A stretch of DNA of 64,000 nt from Azolla caroliniana (taxonomy: Eukaryota; Plantae; Polypodiophyta). Below are positions 13,662 through 27,348 of the stretch, one piece after another; positions within the stretch are counted from its first letter, which is position 1; the number at the start of each line of letters is the position of its first letter. A program made the position numbers and the translations under genes. A model generated the notes under the pieces. The model worked only from the letters and a program-made list of their open reading frames with translations. It had not been told where the DNA came from and did no database searches. The DNA lies in contig JBHGNT010000018.1 in the NCBI GenBank assembly GCA_043228905.1, positions 5,890,001 to 5,954,000 on the forward strand, given 5' to 3'.

Positions 13662-14819
13662 ATGGCTACTGTTAGCGCCCAAGAATATAAATCCGTTTTC
13701 TCCGAGCTACAGTGCCTAAAAGAAAATTTTGTTGCCTTGGAACAAGAAAACCAACGGCTGATAGGGGATCTGCAACAAATCGCTCTAGAAAAACAACAAA
13801 CGCAACAACAACATGGGGAGTTAGCGTTATGGGTACAATAACTCGAAGTAGCATTGCAACAACAAGGATCAAGTCCCCAAGGATTTCATAAAGAGCCAAA
13901 GATTGGACTTCCTGTGAAATTTGATGGAACGCGATCGCAATTCAGGGGATTCCTTAATCAAGTACAATTAGTTATCTAAATGCATCCTTCCCAATACCCC
14001 ACTGATGCATCCCGAGTTGGCCTAATAGGCATGTTGCTTAGCGGCTCAGCCTTAGCATGGTTCGCTCCGCGCCTAGAAAAACAATTGCCCTTGCTTAATA
14101 ACTTTGAAGATTTTATTAGTGAGTTTAAAGCCTGCTTTGAAGACACCGACAGCATCAGGACGGCGATCAACAAGATCCGACGATTGCGTCAAGGCGATCG
14201 TCCAGCCTCTGCCTACACGGCGGATTTCCGTCTACTCGCCTCCAATATTCCCCGGGATGATCAGGCACTAATGGAGCAATTTCGCTACGGCCTGCGAAAC
14301 GATGTAAAAGATTTACTTTTAACCTTCCCCGAAGAACCAAAATCTCTTATAGAGGCAATCAGTCGAGCGGTCCGATGTGACAACCGCCTTTTCGAACGGC
14401 GTTCCGAACGTCAATTACAAATACCATGCTCTAGGCTGGAGCCCACATACGCCTCAGTCGCAGCTAAAGCGTTCGCACGCGACGTACCCCAAGCAAATAC
14501 TCCAACACCGATGGAGATTGACACCATGCGTCGGCGTGGCCCGTTATCGGAAGAAGAAAAGCAACGATGCCATGCAAATCGATAATGTCTATATTGCGGT
14601 GAACCAGGGCATATCGCAATCAATTGTCCCCATAGGCCAAGAAGACAGGTAAATCAAATCGTAGCTTATACGAAACTCGAGTCAATTTTTCCCTTCGGAG
14701 TGTCTGATAGTATTAATAGTACTAATAGAGTGTCTGATAGTATTAATAGTACTAATAGCCCAAGTATCTCAAACAAATTTGAAATCCTTAGTCAATTAGA
14801 TGAAGAGTTAAACGATTGA
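13662..14819 (+). pseudogene. gag of the Tcn1-like element
   Basis: One frame from ATG 13662 to TGA 14817 with internal stops; retrotransposon gag domain and CCHC knuckle. Confidence 0.8.
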
Positions 14820-17800
14820 GTCCAGCCAAAATAGGAGCCGTTTGGTTAGACAACCCTAGATCTGTACAGCCCATTAGTGGTTCCATTCCCTTCAAGAAAG
14901 TTAGCAATGTGTTTCTAGCCCAAGTAATGGTTAGTACTAAAAGTACTCCCCCAGTACAAGTCCTAGCACTTTTAGATTCTGGAGCCAATTCCTATTTCAT
15001 GGATTGAAATTTTGCCCAAGCTTCTCAAATATCCTTAAGAAAACTTCCTTGCCCCGCATTTGTAGTAGTCATTGATGGTCGTCCCATTGCTTCCGGGAAA
15101 ATTGTAGAGGAGTCTGAACCCATTCAAGTTGTCCTAGGTAGTTTTGTGTGTGTAGTATCATTTAATATAATTAGTAGTCCAGAGCATCCCATTGTCCTGG
15201 GATTACCTTGGTTTGAACTACATAATCCAGACATAGATTGGAGAACAAGAGAAGTCTGATATCGACAACCCCAAGAATCTACTCATCGAGTTTCGACCAT
15301 TTCATTACGTCAACTACGCGAAGAAGGACACAAGGAGGCAATGTTCCTATTTGCAATATCAGCACATCCCTCTAGCAATATTAAGGAGGAATCCTTAGTG
15401 CAACTTCTGGCGAAATATCATCCTTATGCCGACATATTTGACAAGGTAAAAGCCGGTACTCTTCCTCGTCCCTACGATTGTCGCTACGATTTACAACCAG
15501 GAGCAGAGCCACCATAGGGACCAATCTACAACTTATCACCCACTGAGTTAGAAGTCCTTCGAGCCTACATAGAGGAGAACTTCGCAAGCGAGTTTATTCA
15601 TCATTCAAAATCTCCGGCCGGAGCACCCATCTTCTTTGTCAAGAAGAAAGATGGCTCACTTCGTCTTGTCGTTGATTACCGCGGCTTAAATAAGGTCACC
15701 ATCCGGAATAGGTATACACTTCCTCTTATATCAAGTCTTTTAGATTGAGTTAATGGTGCCAAGTTTTTTACAAAAATCGATCTACGAGGAGCGTATAACC
15801 TCGTGCGGATCCGACCGGGAGATGAATGGAAAACCACCTTTCGCATGCGGTATGGGCATTTCGAATATATTGTTATGCCATTCGGTCTAACCAATGCACC
15901 TGCAGTCTTCCAACACATGGCAAATGATATATTCAGAGACCTCTTGGATATCTATTTGATAATCTATCTGGATGATCTATTGATTTATTCGAAGACCCAG
16001 GAAGAGCACGATTCTCATGTACTATTAGTACTAAACCGACTCCGCGAGAATGGTCTTTATGCCAAGCTAGAAAAATGTAGCTTCGACTGCAAGCAAGTAG
16101 AATTTCTAGGCTACGTTATCTCCTCAAAAGGCATCTCCATGGATCCAGCTAAAGTCCAAACTGTGCTTGAGTGGCAAATTCCATGGTCAGTACGAGATGT
16201 ACAATGTTTTCTAGGTTTTGCTAACTTCTACCGCAAGTTTATACAAGATTACTCAAAGATTATTTTGCCTCTCACACAACTTACGAAGAAGGGACAAGCA
16301 TTTCTTTGGTCCAATGAAGCGGACATGACTTTTCGGCATCTTAAGAAAGCCTTTACATCAGCACCTATTCTAGCCCATGTGGATACAAGCAAACCATTCA
16401 TCATGGAGGCCAACGCATCAGATTTCGCCCTCGGTAGCATCCTTTCTCAACAAGGAGATAAAGAAGAGTTAGATCATGTGGCTTTCCATTCGCGCAAATT
16501 CAAAGCTGCGGAAATCAACTACAAAATACATGACAAGGAGTTATTAGCCATCGTGGATTCATTTGTGCAATGGCGGCATTTTTTGGAGGGCTCTCCACAT
16601 CAGGTCATCGTCTTTAGTGATCACAAGAATCTTTCTTATTTCCAGAATGCTTGTGTGCTAAATCGACGGCAAGCTAGGTGGGCTCAATTCCTCACATGTT
16701 TTGATTTCAAAATCGCATATCGACCGGGGAAGCAGCAAGGAAAGGCAGATGCACTATCACGACGTTCATATCTTGCACCTCGTCCTCGTCCTCGATAATC
16801 AAAAGCAAGTAATCTTGGGACCAACACGATTGCACACAAAACGGATTTTTCACACCCCAATGGATTCCCAGATTATCGACACCATACGTGCGAATTTGAA
16901 GACGGACAATTTTGCTCAAGACATTCTGGCGCACATTGATACCTCTCGGGCATCTTGTTCCCAGTCTCAGCAACCAGGTATGGACTACCAACAATTCGAA
17001 TGTCATGATGGTTTGTTATTCTTTAAAAAGCTTGTATATGTCCCTGATTGCTCCTATCGCCTTCAAATCGTCCAAAGTTGTCACGACACCCATATGACGG
17101 GACATTTCGGCAGCACTAAGACGTTGGATCTAGTTCAACGATCCTTTTGGTGGCCCCATATACGACATTTTGTCAATGACTACATTCGGACCTGTGATGC
17201 TTGCTGCCGAGCAAAGATGCCATGACACCATCCATATGGTTTGTTGGAACCCTTACCGATTCCAAGTAAGCCGTGGCAGTCTATTTGTCTTGATTTTATC
17301 ACAGATTTGCCGGTCTCGAAGGGGTTCGATGCTATCTTAACCGTCATCGATCGATATACGAAGATGACACATTTTGTGCCGTGTACTAAGGCCATCACTA
17401 GCGAGGAAACCACCTCCCTTGTCATGCGTGAGGTATTTCGGCATCATAGCCTCCCAGACAGTATCATCAGTGACCAAAGACCGCAATTTGTCTCCAAATT
17501 TTGGCAACATCTCTTCAAGATGCTCAAGGTGTCTTGCAACCTCTCCTCCGGCTACCATCCTCAGATCGATGGGCAGGCGGAACGAACAAACCAAACGATG
17601 GAGCAATATCTCCGGTGTTTCCTGATTGGGCCGAGATTCTCCAGTTTGCATAGTTTGCGTATAATAATGTTGTTCACTCCTCGACTCGAGTCTCCCCATT
17701 CTACGCTTATACCGGTTCTCATCCTCGTTGGTCGGTGATCGACACCCCGGAGCTACCTACCAATCCTCGTGCCGGAGATCATTTGGAGAGACTACGCATG

Positions 17801-18300
17801 ATCCAGATGGATCTCTCTACTCATCTTCGTCATGCTCAACAGACACCGAAGACTTACGTGGATCGTCATCGGCTTCCCTCCTCTTTTGCCATCAGAGATC
17901 GAGTATGGCTTTTACGTCGTCACATCAAGACTACTCGACCGTGCGACAAGTTGGATTATCGCCGACTCGGTCCTTTCCGTATTACCGGTAAGGTTAATGA
18001 TGTCACGTTCCGCCTTGATCTTCCTCTGCATCTTCGGATACATCCAGTCTTCCATAGTTCTCTTCTTGAACCTTATAAAGCAAACACTCTCCTCGATCGT
18101 GTTACACCACCGCCGCCCCCGCTTGAGTTCGACGCCGGTCCGAAGTATGAAGTTGTTGCCATCCTCGACTCCAAATTTGTTCGAGTGAACGTACTTGGGA
18201 ACCCATCGAGCATGTCGCCAATGCTCAAGATCTTCTTGCTGAGTTCCATCGAAAGTATCCGGACAAACCCAGTCCACAATCAACGCCAACTTAAGGGGGA
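14816..18300 (+). pseudogene. pol (PR-RT-RH-INT-CHD) of the Tcn1-like element, starting in the -1 frame relative to gag
   Basis: ORF pieces 14816-15007, 15803-16798, 16701-17225, 17241-17738 and 17735-18313. Confidence 0.9.
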
Positions 18301-18305
18301 GATAG

Positions 18306-18633
18306 TATCATGATATGGCAAGACTCGAACCTATGACCTTATGTTATATGGTTCGAACTCTTGACCATTATACCATCTATTGTAATACGTAGGATATTAT
18401 TTTCATTTAAGTTTTATTATAGGAAATTAATGTATATTCTAGATTTCTCTAGAACATTTTAGAAGCTTCAGGATTACTCCTGAGAACACTATAAAAGAAG
18501 GCACTAGGCATTATGTTGAACCAAATTGGTTCAACGCCAGTCTTAAGCCTCTTAGCCATTTTGTACTTATCCTTCACATAATATATTAGTTGTTATCATT
18601 ATCTCTCTCTCTCTTCCTCGCTATCTCTCTCTT

Positions 18634-18690
<57 letters not shown>

Positions 18691-18778
18691 AATCTTACGC
18701 AATCCCATCCTCTTAGTACTAATAGTACTTCTCTTCTTTAGTACTAATTCCCTCTCTGCTTTAGTACTATTCCTGACA
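18306..18778 (+). repeat. 3' LTR of the Tcn1-like element
   Basis: Follows the PPT. TATCA...TGACA (mutated TGTCA/TGACA inverted ends). Confidence 0.85.
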
Positions 18779-21700
18779 AGGCCCGCACATGGCTAGCGAG
18801 TGCCCAACCAAACATGAATACTACAACCGAATGGCACAACGACCTCGACACCCGCCCCACTCGAAACACCCCCACACCACTGGTGCAAAGTCTCACCCAA
18901 CAATCACAGGACCTTATCGAGTGGTTCCAAAGAGAAGCATCATGCCCGGGGTGTGGTAAAGAACACTTAGTACCCGATTGCCCAGAAAAAAAGAAATGGA
19001 TTGGCACAAATCTGTTATCTATTGTACCATGAACGGTTGGTGCCAACGTCATCACACGAGCTCAAAGAGTAGCTCATAACTTAAAGTATCACGACCAAGG
19101 CCTCCCCATGATTACGCATAAGAGACAAAAATCGAAAAAATTGCTTCCGCGCTGACGTCAAAGCAAAACCAAGAACCGGAGGGAGACATAGACATGGTAC
19201 CCGTCAACCCTAACCAAGAGCTATCGACACACCTAGCAGCATACCCAAACCCAGTGATTGAAAAACAAAAGGTTGAAGAGTACATCAAAATCATACAACA
19301 CAAACAGTTTGAAGGATCTCTTAGTCTCCCGAGCCTAAACTTCGACCAACTTGAAAAATGGGTACATCCTCCACCCCAACACACGGATACACCCCCCCTC
19401 GTCGTAACATTAACCGACACCCCCATCTCCCAATCTACCCCAATCAAAGAGGTCAACATAGCCCTGCTCCAGCAAATATTAAATTTAAAATTACGACTCA
19501 CATTACGCGAAGTACAGAGCTACACCAGCACCTTCATGACTGACAACCCCCAACTACGACCTATACTCGCCAAGGAAATAGAGTTCACACTTGAAGAGTT
19601 GCTCAAACTCGACATCCAACCATGGCACGATGTCCTTCACCGTTCTAATGGAGGCCTATCAGCAGGTTATGGAGAAAAGATACACACCCACATCCCTCAT
19701 ATGACCAGAGTCCCCAAACAACTCGAAGGAACACCGATAGATATATGTGAAGCTCACTTCGAGAGTGACGATACTAGTTTTACTCTCCATGTCTACGTCA
19801 ACGGCACGGCGTCTGACGCGATCATTAACACCGGAGCAGGGGTAAGTATAGTCAGCTACGAATGTTGGTGTAAGTGGGGAGGCCCAAAAATGCTTCCTTT
19901 AGACGTCAAACTCCGAATAGCAGATGGGTCCATCCAATGGCCAGAAGGCATGATCCCTACACACCACTTCACTATTCAGGGGGTCGAGTTCAATCTCACC
20001 TTCGTCGTCACAAGATCATCCAATCATGTGGCTTACGAGTCTTTACTAGGGAGACCATTCCTACATGTAAGCCGCCTTGTGATGGATTTTGGGAACGATA
20101 CAATCTATATGCATAAAAACAACAAAACCTTTCGCATCAAAGCATACACACAAAAAGTGCACGAACAAGAAGGTAGCCCTCTCATGGACGACTGGTCAGA
20201 AACCACCGAGTTCGAGACCAACCTCCTAGCATGTCACCCCACAAAGACAATTCAAATCTTGGCTAGGGGTCAACCGTTCCCCCAAAATCCCACTAATCCT
20301 AGGGCAGAGAATGTGCAAGAAGACTGATTTGTAGCATCCGATGCGTCAAAAATGAATTGGGTGCACGCTCTCACCACGACCGATGGAATGTACCCCATTG
20401 GTACAAAGTGTCGCGATAAGGATGGAGACACGATCTCATGTTTTAATGTCACCACTCTCGTACCCCAGCGAAAACAAGTAGACGTTGTCGCGTGGCGCGT
20501 GACACATGTGCCAAACGTCGGGATGTGCACGTCACAAGCACGGACAAGCACCGAGCCTCTATCCGCTAGTGGTTATGGATTATGGGCGGCTGAAGTGACA
20601 CACTAATGTGGTTAGAGTGAGAGAGAGAGAAACAGAAATTGAGGAAGTTTTTAAGATAGATAGGTAGATATATACACATCACCAATAAGATAACTAAGTA
20701 TTCTTATTATTAATTTTCGATTTGATACATAGATTGATTCATAGATTGTTTGATTCATCCATTGATTGATCCCCCCCCATTACACAAGCCTTTCGAGGGT
20801 TTTTATAGGCTTATCTATCCTTCTAACATGCACAAAACCATGGGCTTGAACCCATGGTTTTCGGGCACACGGTTTTCCTTGTGGCATGCACAAAACCATG
20901 GGCTAAAACCATGGTTTTGTGTACACGGTTTTGTATGTTTGTTTCCTATGGAATACTAAATATGAGAAGGAAATATACAAAATCTAAAGCACTTAGTAGT
21001 AGCTTTAGTGGTAAGATAATTGCTTCCTATCTTAGAAGTGCAAGGTTCAAATCTTGCTTGCACCCTTCTATATGCTCTTGAATGTCATCAGACCCTAGAC
21101 TAATTTTCATGTGTATAATGTGTGTGAAGCCACACTATTTCACAATTTCTCCCATTGGACACAGAACATCACGACAACGTAAAAGACGAAGACTTAACGT
21201 AACGAATCACGTGCCAAGAAGAGGATGCGACCACTCGGAAGACCCCGATGGAGGTGGACTTCCCGGAGCAATTCAAACTCTATGAACAAGGGAGTAGGGC
21301 AGTGGCCTGTAAGAGACCACAACGCACCACTAACATCCTTGGCGATGCATGTGAGGGACCGGTGAGAATTAAGGAAATCAATCTCAGAAATGGGGTGGAC
21401 CCCAAACCAATGTTCATCGCCACAGGTGTCCAGTCGGACGAGGAGACGTCCTTGATCACCCTCCTCACAGAATTTAGTGACATGTTCGCATGGTCGTATG
21501 TAGATATGAAAGGTGTCCCAGCCGAAGTCGTCACCCATAGCATCCCCATGAAAGCCGACGCCCGCCCAATCCGACAAAGACCGCGCGCAATGAACCCTAA
21601 CTACGCTCAACAAGTAAAAGCCAAAATCAATAAAATGTTAGACGTGGGTATCATATACCCGATCGAATGAACACCTTGGGTCTCTCCGATCATAGTCATC

Positions 21701-23988
21701 CAGAAGAAGAATGGCCAAATCTGCATATGTGTAGACTACCACCAAGTCAACGAAGCCACCATCAAGGAAAACTACCTAGTACCCTACATCGAGCACTTAC
21801 TCGAAAGAATCGTGGGAGCAGAAACCTATAGCTTCATCGATGGGTTCTCGGGGTACAACCAAATCTTGGTGGTGCCCGAGGATCAACACAAGACGGCCTT
21901 TGCCACAAATTTTGGTACATTCGCGTATAAGCAGATGCCTTTCGGGCTCACAAGTGCCATGAGCATCTATCAAAGGGTAGTGGACCACATCTTCGCGGCA
22001 AGGTTACGATAAGGGGTGGAGTCCTATGTCGACGATTAATGTTGCCATTCGAAATGGCATGACCACCTGGCGTTACTCCGCTTGACGTTCGAAAAGTGCA
22101 GGGACTATCAACTCTCCCTCAACCCCCTCAAGTGCCAATTCTGGGTATTAGGTCATGTTTTGTCCCGACATGGGATCTCGACCGATGAGGCAAATGTAAA
22201 GCTCATCCTTGACATGCCACCTCCTGCGAACGAGAAACAACTACAAGGGTTCATGGGGTATGCGGGTTACTATAGACTCTTCATTAAGATGTTCACGGAC
22301 AAGGCAAGGCCACTTTGCGCCTTACTAAAGCAGTACACCTGGACAGAAGAGTGCACCCGCTCGTTCAAGCTCTTGAAGGATTGCTTAACTAAGGCCACCA
22401 TCTTCCGATCCCCAAACTATGAATAAAGAATTCCACGTTCACACCAATGCTTCTACCTTCGCAATTGGTGCAATGCTCGTTCAACCTGGCGAAGGAGCAC
22501 TCGACCTACTAATCACCTTTGCTAGTTGTCAACTGAACGGTACAGAACGAAATTACTCCACGACAGAACGAGAAGCGTTGGCCATGGTTTACAACGTGAA
22601 AAAGTTCCGACATTACCTCTTGGCATCACGTTTCTCGTTTTTTGTAGATCATCAAGCCCTCCTCTACTTGGTAAACAAAACTCACGCCACATGACGCATA
22701 TCACAATGGTGCATAACCTTACTCGAGTTCGAGTTCAAGGTGGTGGTGAGAAAAGGAAAGGACCATGTACTTGCCAATCATTTCTCACGAATACCAAATG
22801 GAGAAGAAGCCACTGGGGTCGATGAAGAAATGCCAGATGAGCATTATTCACGATCAACACCGTACCATTATGGGCATCAAACATCGTTCGCGTCTTAACC
22901 GAAGCAGCGTCCTTCCTAAAACGACTAAGTCGGGCACAGGTATGTGTCTTGTTAAGAAAATGTGGCCCCTTCATGATGCTCAGAGGAAACTTGTATCGAA
23001 GAGGCAACGATGATGTACTCCAGAGGTGTGTAACGGACCATGATGTCGTCGTCGTCCGCAAACAAGCTCATTGTGGAAGCGGAAGCGGTCATTTCAATCA
23101 TGAGGTCACCGCACGCAAGATCCTTCAATCCGGCCTATGGTGGCCAACACTATTCAAAGACACATATGAATATGTACACCGATGTGATGAGTGAAAGTGT
23201 TTCAAACATCCGTTAAAATCGAATTTCAACACATTAAACCCGGTAGTGGCGTGCCAATCGATTATGTATTGATTGAGGTTGGAAGCTGGGTTGATTGGGG
23301 TATTGACTTTATCGGCCCAATCAACCCAGCTTCCAACCTCAATCAATACATAATCACTGCCACTTACTATCCTACCAAGTGGACAGAAGCCAAAGCTTGC
23401 TTTAATGTCGACGCACGTAGCACCGCCAAATTCCTATACGAAAATGTCATCACACGGTTTGGATTTCCGCTCGAGATCATTAGCGATCAAGGCTCCCATT
23501 TCCTCAACGAAGTGATAGCACATCTACTACGCGAATTTATGGTGATACGCTGCAAGAGCACCCCTTATAACCCCCGGTGCAACGGACAAGCGGAAAGCAT
23601 TAATAAGGTGTTATGTGGAGTGCTCACGAAGATAATCACCGCTTCGCAGTCTGGTTGGAGCACCAAACTCCAAGTGGCATTGTGGGCTTTCTGCACTTCC
23701 TACAAAGTAGCAACTCGCCACACACCATTCAAACTAGTATATGGACAAGAAGCGGTATTGCCCATCGAGTTCCTCATCCTTAGCCTTAGGATAGTCGTCC
23801 AAGTAGGATGGGACGGGAACCCCCTCCCCTCACGCCTAGAGAACCTAGAACGGTTGACCAAAACTCGCCTCCTCGCATTCCAAGCACTTTTGATAGAGAA
23901 AACCAATAGAAAGGCGTGGCACGACAACAAAGTAAGAGATAAAGACCTAGCTGAAGGGGACATGGCCCTCAAATTCGCCTCTCAATGA
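18779..23988 (+). pseudogene. Gypsy-B gag C-term and pol (PR-RT-RH-INT), degenerate
   Basis: CPGCGKEHLVPDC knuckle; ORFs 19194-20327, 21248-21670, 21812-22012, 22082-22426, 22419-22694, 22949-23194 and 23191-23988. Confidence 0.88.
20402..21150. mobile_element. 749-bp non-coding insertion with 8-bp target-site duplication; class unresolved
   Basis: CCCATTGG at 20394-20401 and 21151-21158. Interrupts Gypsy-B between PR and RT. Confidence 0.65.
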
Positions 23989-23991
23989 AAC

Positions 23992-24796
23992 TGACGGGAA
24001 CTCAACGCTCCTTATGTCCAACACTCGGCCACAGACGAGATTCTTTTCATACACAGAAAACGGGAAACAAATGCACGACACAAAAGAGAGAGAAAAAAAG
24101 GTAGACAGGATGTTTACGTGGAAAACCCAAACTAAGGGAAAAACCACGGCAGCCCACAGGCTGCAAACTATCACTATATTGGAATGTACAAACAGTGAGT
24201 TCACAGAGGCAACGACCTCGTGCTCACGATCTTCGCCACAAGCGGTGGTTACAACAGAGGCAACGACCTCGTTCTCTCTCTCTCTCAACCTGTACACAGT
24301 TACACGCTCTCTCTTCTTGCACCAACAAGAAAATGACAACAACTACAACAGTATTACTACATATTTGCCCTAAGTCATATTTATACTAATATGACTTTTC
24401 GGCTATTTACAAATATAGCCACAATTGGCTCTCAGAAACATATTTACGAATATGTCTCTTCCTCCGGTTCTCACCGGGTCTGCGTCATCCGGCTCTCCGT
24501 AGCCGGGTACTCCTCATCCGGTTCACACCGGGTCTGCACCATCCGGCTCGCCGTAGCCGAGTACTCCTCATCCGGTTCACACCGGGTCTGCACCATCCGG
24601 CTCTCCGTAGCCGGGTACTCCTCATCTGGTCTTCACCGGGTCTGCATCATCCGGCTCTCCGTAGCCAGGTACTCCTCATCCGGTTCACACCGGGTCTGCA
24701 TCATCCGGTCTCGGCCTCGGCCTATCCGCCTCGGCCGAGTTTGTTCATCGGCACTATTCTTCTCCCTTCCCATCCGGAGGGACCTGTCTCCCAACA
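23992..24796 (-). mobile_element. Solo LTR (805 bp) of a Copia-A-related family
   Basis: TG...CA ends with a perfect GAAAC TSD (23987-23991 / 24797-24801). Minus strand starts TGTTGGGAGACAGGTCCCTCCGGATGGG, like the Copia-A LTR. Confidence 0.9.
24460..24710. repeat. 54-bp tandem repeat (~4.5 copies) inside the solo LTR
   Basis: Unit CCGGTTCACACCGGGTCTGCACCATCCGGCTCTCCGTAGCCGGGTACTCCTCAT. Confidence 0.92.
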
Positions 24797-26879
24797 GAAA
24801 CAAAAAGAAGGTCAAATTACGTGGCGAATGCGCCTATGTGGTCTCAGAGATTGAAGAGAATAGCGCGGAATATTGCTCGACCACAACCGAGTCTTGAATC
24901 ACTTCGATGAAAATCAAACACAAAAATGGGAAGTAGGGAGTGAACGCATGTACACACACAAAGAATGATAGAGGAAACACATGATGTTTACGTGGAAAAC
25001 CCTAATAGGGAAAAAACCACAAGAGCCCACAGACTCCAAACTATCACTATATAAGAAAGGTACAAACTGAGACTCAGAGGCAACGAGCTCAAGCTCTGTA
25101 TCTTCGCCAACCAGCGGTTACAACAGAGTATCGCTTTGTATCTCTCTCTCTCTCTCTGTCTAGCCAGCAGTTATGCACATACAACAATATGACAACAACA
25201 CCACAGTGAGTGATAGCCCTAAGTCATATTTATACTTATATGAACTTATGGCTATTTACAAATATAGCCTCAGTAGGCTTACTCTAAGAATATTTACAAA
25301 TATGTCTTCTCTTCCGGTTCACACTGGGTCCTCTTCATTCATAACCGGATCCCATCCGGAGGGACCGATTTCCCAACAATCTCCCCTTTCACTCCAGAAT
25401 GGGATGTCTCATCAACCCAATCCACTTTCGGCACGCGTCTAGCTTGTCGGTTGTCAACACCTTGGTCAACATATCCGACACATTCTCCTCCATGTGGATC
25501 TTCATCAGCACGAAGTCTTGATCTTCTACTCTCTCCCAGATCAAGTGGTACCTCCGTTGGATATGTTTTGTCCTGGAATGGTAGGCCGCGTTCTTTGCAA
25601 GGTGGATGGCACTTTGACTGTCACAGTAGAGTCGGTATTCCTCCTGTTGTATCCCTAGCTCTCCGATGAATTCCTTCATCCAAATTATCTCCTTGTCGGC
25701 TTCCACTGCTGCCATGTACTCCGCCTCCGTGGTTGACAACGCAATCGTCTTTTGCAACCTCGACTGCCACGATATAGCTCCCCCTACATAAGGCATGACA
25801 TATCCAGATGTAGACCGGCTGGTATCCGCATCAGCCGACATATCCGAATCTGTGAATCTGTCAAGTTGGGGATTACCGGAGCAGAACCGGAGACACAAAC
25901 TCGAGGTGCCATTCAAATACCAGAGTATCCACTTGACTGCATTCCAGTGCTGTTTTCCGGGATTGCTCATGAACCGGCTCACCACTCCGACTGCATTTCC
26001 GATATCCGATCGGGTACATACCATCATTTACACCAAGCTTCCAATGGTAGAGGCATATGGTATCTTCATCATATCCGTCTTCTCCGCCTTTGTCTTCGGG
26101 CTTTGTTTTCCAAATAGCTTGTAGTTTGTTGGAAGTGTTGATTCGACCGGTTTCGCCTCCGACATGTTGAACCATTGAAGCACCTTTGTCACATTGTCGT
26201 GAAGAAAACCGTCCCCAGGCGCAAACCGTGTATAGCGTGTGTGAACCGGCCCTTACACGTGGGCACGCCCCTTGTTGTATAGTAGATAGGTAGGCAATCC
26301 TAGGTAGCAATATTCTATAGGGAGAATCGAGGAGTATCTCTGTCCGAAAGGACAGAGAATTAATGTGATGTAAACGGATCAACGGCCTCCCTCCTTGAGC
26401 TATAAAAGAGAGGGAGACGGGGAGAGAAAGGGGGGGGGCACTAGAAGGGACAAAGTGCTGTCGGACTGGGACCGGGCTCTTCTTCTCTATCGTTCTCCAT
26501 AGCTTTCTTTTGCGCAAGTTCTCGAGAGGCTGATTCTGCTCCGTGGAACGCCCGTGTGCTTCCGGCAAAATCTCCATCCTACTCCCCCGTGTGCGCGGGT
26601 GATCAAGCGTCGGCATCCATCTCGCCGACCTGATCGGCTGTAACCGTTCGAGTCATTTGCATACATATATTTATACACATACGCTAGCGTTCTTATACTT
26701 AATCTCCTGCTCAACTCGTGTCTCCTGTGTTGTTGGGCCGCGTTCCCGTGCGCTTCTTTGTCTATACGTGTGTGAGCGTGTCTCTCTCTCTCTCCCTTTT
26801 TCTCACCTATTCCTCGGTCCAAGACCCCAGTGGTCCCGCCTTGTTCTCCACGCACGCCCGTAACAACGCGACATCTCTT

Positions 26880-26897
26880 TGGTGAACCCGACGTGAA
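26880..26897 (+). promoter_or_regulatory. Primer-binding site complementary to the tRNA-Trp 3' end
   Basis: TGGTGAACCCGACGTGAA is the complement of ...TTCACGTCGGGTTCACCA (plant cytosolic tRNA-Trp, recalled). It lies 6 nt after the LTR. Confidence 0.8.
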
Positions 26898-27348
26898 CAG
26901 GCGGCAGAGGAGTAGAAGATGAGGGGGTCGGACCTCGCAGAAGCCATGGCTTCGGATGTGGACCGTATAGTGAGTGCGCACGAAGGCACCGGCGCCCTTG
27001 ATAGGGCTATCGAGGCGGTTGTCGGTACGATCGACCGGTTTAGTGGGAAGGATGCCACGAGCTACTTGGCGTCCTACCGGGCTGAGATGGTAATGAGGGA
27101 CATTCCGGAGGAGAGGCGTCTAGCCAGATTCCCTCGAGTGGCGCTGTCGGGCATCCATACGGAGGTGCTCGATGTACGGGCCGAGAGCCGGACCTGGGAG
27201 GAGTTCGAAGGTCGGCTCCTCGAAAAATACGGGCTTGAAGATGCGCTTCGACTTTCGAAGCGGGACTTCATGGAGTGAGTGGAGACCCCCGACAAAGGAA
27301 CGCGTCGGTGCTCGTCCAGGAGTTTGAGGAACCCTTCACGCGCCTCTT

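Larger units (their letters stand above)
13209..18778 (+). mobile_element. Ty3/Gypsy chromovirus, Tcn1/Tf1-like, nested in Gypsy-B gag
   Basis: Two LTRs. Gag (KFDGTRSQFRGF, PTPMEID, CLYCGEPGH), PR (ALLDSGA), RT (IIYLDDLLIYS), RH, INT (ICLDFITDLP, GPF) and truncated chromodomain (YEVVAILDSK). PPT AAGGGGGAGA near 18293. Confidence 0.9.
11492..24863 (+). mobile_element. Ty3/Gypsy non-chromovirus, Athila-like (Gypsy-B); 3' end missing; hosts nested insertions
   Basis: 5' LTR, Asp-type PBS, protease (AIINTGAG), RT (YSFIDGFSGYNQI), RNase H, integrase (KILQSGLWWPTLFKD, WGIDFIGP). The GPY-region piece resumes at 24797-24863. Confidence 0.85.

Noticed and set aside
24391-24897. 168-aa ORF with YSSSGSHRVC repeats
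   Set aside because: It is the translation of the 54-bp LTR repeat running into a host integrase fragment.
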